Below are positions 58,212 to 64,000 of a stretch of DNA of 64,000 nucleotides, one piece after another. The notes under the pieces are model-generated. The model had not been told where the DNA came from. It did not search any database and saw only the letters and a list, made by a program, of their open reading frames with translations. The stretch lies in the NCBI RefSeq assembly GCF_000315625.1, contig NW_005434594.1, forward strand, positions 180,482 to 244,481, read 5' to 3'. Origin of the DNA: Guillardia theta CCMP2712 (lineage: Eukaryota; Protista; Cryptophyta). A program made the translations under genes and the position numbers. The first letter of the stretch is position 1. Every line of letters begins with the position of its first letter.

Positions 58212-58734
58212 ACGGCCAAGGCAGGAAACAGGCACTAGCAACAGACCTCCTGATAGAAGCTCTTCTCTTCTTTAGGGCTCAAGTTCCTCTCCTCCTTGAG
58301 GCCTCTCACGGTCGACCCGAACCTCCTGTGTAGCTCGTCGCTCTCCTCAGGCGACATCTTGTACCTGCAGCAGCAGGTCGGATGCTGAGGAGGGAACTCT
58401 CTCCCCAGTCCACCTGCTGAGGCACCATCGATGGATGTTTCGAACGATCTCGTCCTCGAGCCCTGTGGACTTCGGGTAGAGGCAACCATCCACATCGATG
58501 ATAACTGCCATGTCGTCTTGCTTCGCTCCTCCTCCTCCTCGAAGTCTCCGCGTGATGCTCCGTTGGCACGAGGTTTGCAGGAGAGAACTCGATCCTCCAG
58601 CTTCACCTGTTGAGCTTTGACCTTCACATGGCACTCGAGGCTTATTCACCTTGAGTCACATGGAAGACGAGGAGCATGGCTGCAATCAGTCGGACAGCCG
58701 TCATACCTCTCCTCTTCCTCCTCGACCCCATCAT
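53754..58734 (-). CDS. Signal peptide + HAD phosphatase (SDT1/pyrimidine 5'-nucleotidase-like) + class I SAM methyltransferase + MDR-family dehydrogenase fusion
   Basis: HAD: IIDVDGCLYP, ASNSP, GLTK, LLDDSDVN. MTase: EYIKAKNVIDKRSMN, IVDVGAG, CCFVDL, SSDWVI. MDR: SSGTELKIFRG, YGYSLVG, VAVFGQGMIG, LGSWYG, ending GVQFVYK*. Confidence 0.85.
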
Positions 58735-59630
58735 AACCTGAGTAACTCGTCAGCGTCTCGCTTTGCGTTTGCGCCCGCGTTCTTGTGATCCTCACACCGC
58801 CACTGCATCCATCATTGTCCCGCTCTCTTCACTCCTCCGTCTCTGTCTCTCTCGTTAGTTTCGTATTCTGCATTGCTAACCGCTTCCTCCCCTTCTGCTT
58901 CCTTGACTCTGAACCTTCTTGACTGCACAAGGTCTTGTCCTAGGCCATCCGTCCTTCCCCTCCCTCCTTCCCTCTAACTTCCCCTTCCCTCATCTTCGAC
59001 TTCGTTTTCTCATGTTCATTCATATGTCTTTGTATAGTCTCCTCACTCTCCTGCTCTTCCTCGTCCTCCCTCCTCTCTTCCTCCATCTTAGCCCGCGTCC
59101 CCCATGCCTTGTCCAATAGTCCATGGATTCTTTGTGGAGATGGAGGCCGAATACCCTCATCTCCGCTCAGTCCCTAACTAAAACCAGGGTCAGAACTAAT
59201 GAACTTTCCAAGTTCCCGCTCCCAGTCCGGCACGGGCGGCGCCGTGACTACGCCGAGCCCGGGCCACGACCGTCAGTGGCCGCCGGTCGCGGCCGCCGCC
59301 GGGTACTGATCGGATGAAAACCGTCTACCTTCAATCAAAGTTCTACCTTCAGTCTTCAGCCCAATTCAGTAGTGACTGCCACGGTGGGTTCAACGATGAT
59401 ACGGCAGTACGGTACAGTGATACAGTGAGTCACTGTCACTTCGGCACTTAAATCATACTATGATAGCTTTTGTCATGATGGTAATACAAGATAGTTAACA
59501 AACTGGGCAGCAGCTGCTCTACCCTCTGACTCCCCACACTCGATCTTCTGCCCCGCACCCCTCCTCCTCTCCCACACGAGCTGAGAAAAGTTGCTTCCCC
59601 TATGATGGCAGCTGGGAGGGTCCCAGAGAG

Positions 59631-59804
59631 TTACTCGCAGGCTGGGCGGGAGAGGTTGACTTGTCGGATCAAAGTCACGTCCCTCACTTGGTGGACTTGA
59701 GACGTTCTAGCGGGGCAAAGTGAGTGAAGAGGAAGAGAAGGAGGAGGACGAGGAGGAAGACGAGGAGGAAGAGAAGGAAGAGGTCAAGGAGGAGTCGGAG
59801 GACA

Positions 59805-59849
<45 letters not shown>

Positions 59850-61360
59850 TGAAGAGGAGGAGGACAGTCTTGTTTGAAGGCGGTAGCAGGAGAGGAGAGA
59901 AGTCACAAGAAGACATGAAATGATGAGAATCATGATGAGTGTAAGCAGGTGCAAAGGAGAAGCGACAAGGAAAGATTGAACAAGTGAAGCTGGAGGGGGA
60001 CGAGGAAGGGGCTGGGACAGAGACGGAGATGAAGAAGGAGACGGGGAGTGGAGGCAGGCAAGCAGGCTGCACCTGTCGGAGAAGGTGAAGATGCAGTCGT
60101 CGATGTAGACGCTCCTGCGGATGCGCTTGTTCTCGTTGCATGTTGTCACCCCTGAGCAGTGAGAAATCCTCCCCCGCTCCTTGATCTTCTCGCCGAACAT
60201 ATCGAAGAGGATGGCCCCGCTGAAAGGCACCTGCAGGATGAAATCATTCATGGAGGAGACGTGAGGAAGGAACGGAAACCTGGTCCTCCGTGTAGAGATA
60301 CATGGGAAGGACGAGAAGTCCTGGAAGTGGAGGCACAGGAGGACGAGGAGGAGGACGAGGAGGAGGACGAGGAGGAGGAGATGGTGGTGGTGATGATGAT
60401 GGAGGAGGAAGAGGATTAGAAGGAGGACGGGCAGGAGGAAGAAGAGGAGAAGGAGCACGAGGAGGAGGAGGAGGAGGAGGAGATGTCAGAATAGGATGCA
60501 GCTCAGACTCTCTCCCTCTTCACCTCGATGCAGCAGGAAGGCCTTGTGATCCCACGCTGCTTCCGAGTATGACCCTGCTCCTCCCAGCACGATCGCCTGC
60601 TGCTCCTTGGGGGAGGAAGGGACGGTGACATCGAAGACGGAGATCTTCACTCCGAGCTGCAGCACCATCCCCCGCTCTTCCCTCGTCTCCCGTCCAAGAC
60701 CAATGAGGTCTGTAGAGTCGTCACAAGGACAGGAAAATGAGCAGGAAGAGGAGAAAGGAGGAGGGTGTAGGGGACGAGGGAGGAAGCGAGGAAGAGATGA
60801 AGGAAAAGGGAGAAGTGGTAGAGGGTGAGTGGAAAAAGAGAGAAAGACAAGGAGAATGGTGGAAGAGGAGGAGGAGGGAAAGAAAAGAAAGAAAGGAGAG
60901 GAGGAGGGAAAGAGAAGAAAGGGAGGGGAGGAGGAGGAGAGGAAGGACTGACGGGTGTCGTTGATAGGATGGAGGTACTCGGAGAAGCCAGGAATCTTGA
61001 GCTCTCCCTTGAGGAGAGGATTCCAAGGATCCGAAGCGTTGATAACAAACAGAGGATCCACCTTTGCATGAAGCCCATCAGCAGAGAAGGCGGGAGCGAC
61101 GGGCAGAACAGCGAGAGAAGGCGGACGAGAGGGAGGAGGGAAGAGGGAGGAGGGAGGAGGGAGGAGGGAGGAGGGAGGAGGGAGGAGGGAGGAGGACTCA
61201 CTCTTCTGAAAGTGACGACGTAGACCATGTTGCTTGCAAAGCGGACAGAGTAAATTCGCTCCCCAGGAGCAAGCCCTCGCAGACTCCCTTGCAGGCCCCC
61301 GGTAGCGTTGATGATGAAAAGATTGCTCTGACTGTGGAAAGGTGAACTCTCGGCCTCAGG

Positions 61361-61394
<34 letters not shown>

Positions 61395-63867
61395 GGCAGC
61401 AGCAGCAGCAAGCAAGCAAGCAGGGCTACCTGGTCTGTCCCCAGACATCCCCTGAGGTTGTCGCAACTCGGAGATGATCGTCAAACTCGTCCATGGCGAA
61501 CTGATTGATGATGATGCCCGGAACCTGCTAGCTCGGTCAGCGAGAAGAAAGCTCCTCCTCCTCACCTCCTGCCTTGATTAGCCGCTCGAAGGTTGGGTCT
61601 CCCGCGTTCATGGCAAACTGAGCAGGAGCAAAGATTACACGAGGCTAGAGAGGCTGAGTTGCACCTTGATGATTACAGTCATGGGCTCTGCTAGACGGAA
61701 ACTGGACCCTCCTGCTGCTCCTCCTTCGCCCACTGCTACTCCTTTTCCTCCCCCTCCTCCTCCTCCTCCTCCTCCCTCCTCTCCCTCGCCCCAGGTGGTA
61801 GAAGCGACGTAGAGGTGGGTTGATGAGGCATACAGGACGAAACCATTGCCTGCAAGGGTCTCAATAACTTCACTGTCATCTTTAATACCTTTCCCTCCTC
61901 GTCCTGCCTCGCTTCCTTACCAGCTCTCCCCTCTCCCTCCTTCCTTCCCTCCTCTTCTCTCTTTCCTCTCCTCCTCGTCGTAGCTCTTCTCTCTCCCCTT
62001 ACCTGCATGCGTTGCTGATGATATTCTCCCCAAATTCTCACGGCTGATGCGCACTGACACAATAGAGATCCATCTGTAAAACCATCAGGTCTCCTCCCTC
62101 CTCTTCTGTCTTTCCTCTCCCCTCCCCTCCTCTCCTCTCCTCTCCTCTCCTCTCCTCTCCTCTCCTCTCCTCTCTTCTCCTCTCCTCTTTTCTCCCTCCT
62201 CCTCTTCAAAGCCTCCTGTCGTCTGCCCCTCCCCCTCCTTCTCCTCTACATCCTCGTCCCCAACTTCTCTCACCCTGTCGCGCTAGGAAGCTCAGGTATC
62301 CAGCTGATGCTCGTGCATGGAGCGATGGGACGGAAAGGAGGCGAGGCCATCGAGTCTTGAGCTGCAAATGTTGACCTGAAGAGAGGAGCCGAAGCTCTAG
62401 TGCTGCCAAGAAGTGAGGAAGAGATGAGGGGAGAGACAAGGAGGAGTATGGAGGAGGAGGAGAGGGAGAGAGAGGGAGAGAGAAGAGGACGAGGGGAGGA
62501 CGAGAGTAGAAGGGAGGAGGAGAGAGCAGCGAGGGAGAGAGAGAACAATAAAATGATGAGAAGAGGACGAGAATGAAGCAATCGAGTAACATCATGCATG
62601 AAGAAGAAAAAGTTCAGATGAAGGGAAAGTTGCATAGAACGAACAAAATTGTCGTAAAAAGGTGATACAGTAAGTTGTTAGAGGAATTCGACAAATTACC
62701 TGGGCTGAAAAACTTTCTCATTGGACATTCTTCGCCTCAAAGGGCAATAGGTTCTACAAGATCAGTCACATGTTCCAGAACAACAACTTCCCTCAACATC
62801 ACGATTTCATCCATCTACTCTATGACACATATATCTAAAACCACCACTTCACACCTAAAATTTCATCAGCTCACCGGATCGCCAGGTACATCACATCATC
62901 CACAAGGCGACTAGCCACATGATCTCCTTCCACTTCAATCGTCTGCCATCTTGTCAACTTTTCTACAGACTTCAAACTTCTTCTCATCGATCACTTGAGT
63001 CAAACTCGGAGCCGAGCGATTTTTGATGTCCCACAATTGGCAGGCAGCTACAGAAAAATATTCGCCAGTCGCCTCTGCCCTATAGTCCAAGTCAAATCCT
63101 TGAAACTCTTTATCTTGACTTACCTCAGCGTTGAAGTTCCCAGGACAGCAACTATGTCTCCTTTGATGAAGAGATTCTGCCAATCTAATAACTCCCAAGA
63201 CTCTATGTGCTCCTTCTACTCTTTCATTTCCTTCTCCACTCCTTCAATTCCGCTACCTCGTTCTCCCTCTTCATCCCTCCTCTCCCTCCTCTCCCTCGGC
63301 CCCTCATCCTTCCTCCTCCTCTCTCGCATACCTGTGGGTAAACAAGACCTGACTGTCTCAGGTCAACTCTACTCAGGACGTCGAGCTCTTGGGGAGGATA
63401 GGCCTTCACAAGACGTGAGGCAACGAGACAAGCGCAGAAGCAGCTACTTTGCAGATGATCAGAAGGTTTTCAGACAAGACAAGCAGGTAAAAGAATCTCC
63501 CGTCTGTCTTGATCACGTCAGCCTCGTCGACTCCCTTCACCTGCTCCCTCGTCATCGAACATGACAACAGCATCTTCATCTGACCTGATTGTTGGTTGTT
63601 GAGTAGTCAGGAGACGATGGCGCAGCAGCACCAGCACCAGCAGCTGAGGAGGAGGAGGCTGAATCGCCCGCCTTTGCTGTCTCAGCTGCATAAACCAATC
63701 CTGCTTTGCAACTCAGATTTGCAACATATCAGAATAGCTTGCTCCTTACAGCAGCGCTCTCTCCTTCTTTACTTCCCCCCTCCACTACTCCTCCACTCCT
63801 GAGTGCTCCTCTCATCCACTCAGAACTGCCTGCTGCCTCTCCTTCAACTTCGTCCTGCTCATCCTCA

Positions 63868-63932
<65 letters not shown>

Positions 63933-64000
63933 ACAACGCTCAAAACGTGTTCGCAGTTACCAACCAGGATAATTTGCACGGGTGCTACAGTTGCAGTAGT
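59631..64000 (-). CDS. Beta-propeller domain protein (prokaryotic secreted Beta_propel-type), 5'-partial, multi-exon
   Basis: DYSTTNNQ|VKGVDEADVIKTDG; GLAPGERIYSVRF..VYVVTFRR|VDPLFVI..DP..P.LKGELKIPGFSEYLHP; SEAAWDHKAF; RRSVYIDD. Confidence 0.85.

Overview
Eukaryotic nuclear DNA: gene-dense, with many short GT-AG introns, introns packed with simple repeats, and two 100-N assembly gaps. RWP-RK genes, bipartite-type targeting leaders and the intron style suggest a cryptophyte alga (Guillardia-like); this is inference. About 18 mostly multi-exon genes can be traced, including KRR1, ALKBH8, UFM1, an SK-type K+ channel, a PAF-acetylhydrolase, two tandem RWP-RK factors, ARM/WWE/ankyrin proteins and a prokaryote-type beta-propeller. 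The most notable features are three enzyme fusions. (1) An intronless, probably plastid-targeted SufE-MnmA fusion joins a SUF persulfide carrier to the tRNA 2-thiouridylase. (2) A signal-peptide-bearing HAD phosphatase-SAM methyltransferase-MDR dehydrogenase triple fusion. (3) Tail-to-tail with (2), a GHMP sugar kinase-nucleotidyltransferase fusion. Exon structures were read by eye and no database searches were run. No rRNA, tRNA, CRISPR or transposase was recognised.
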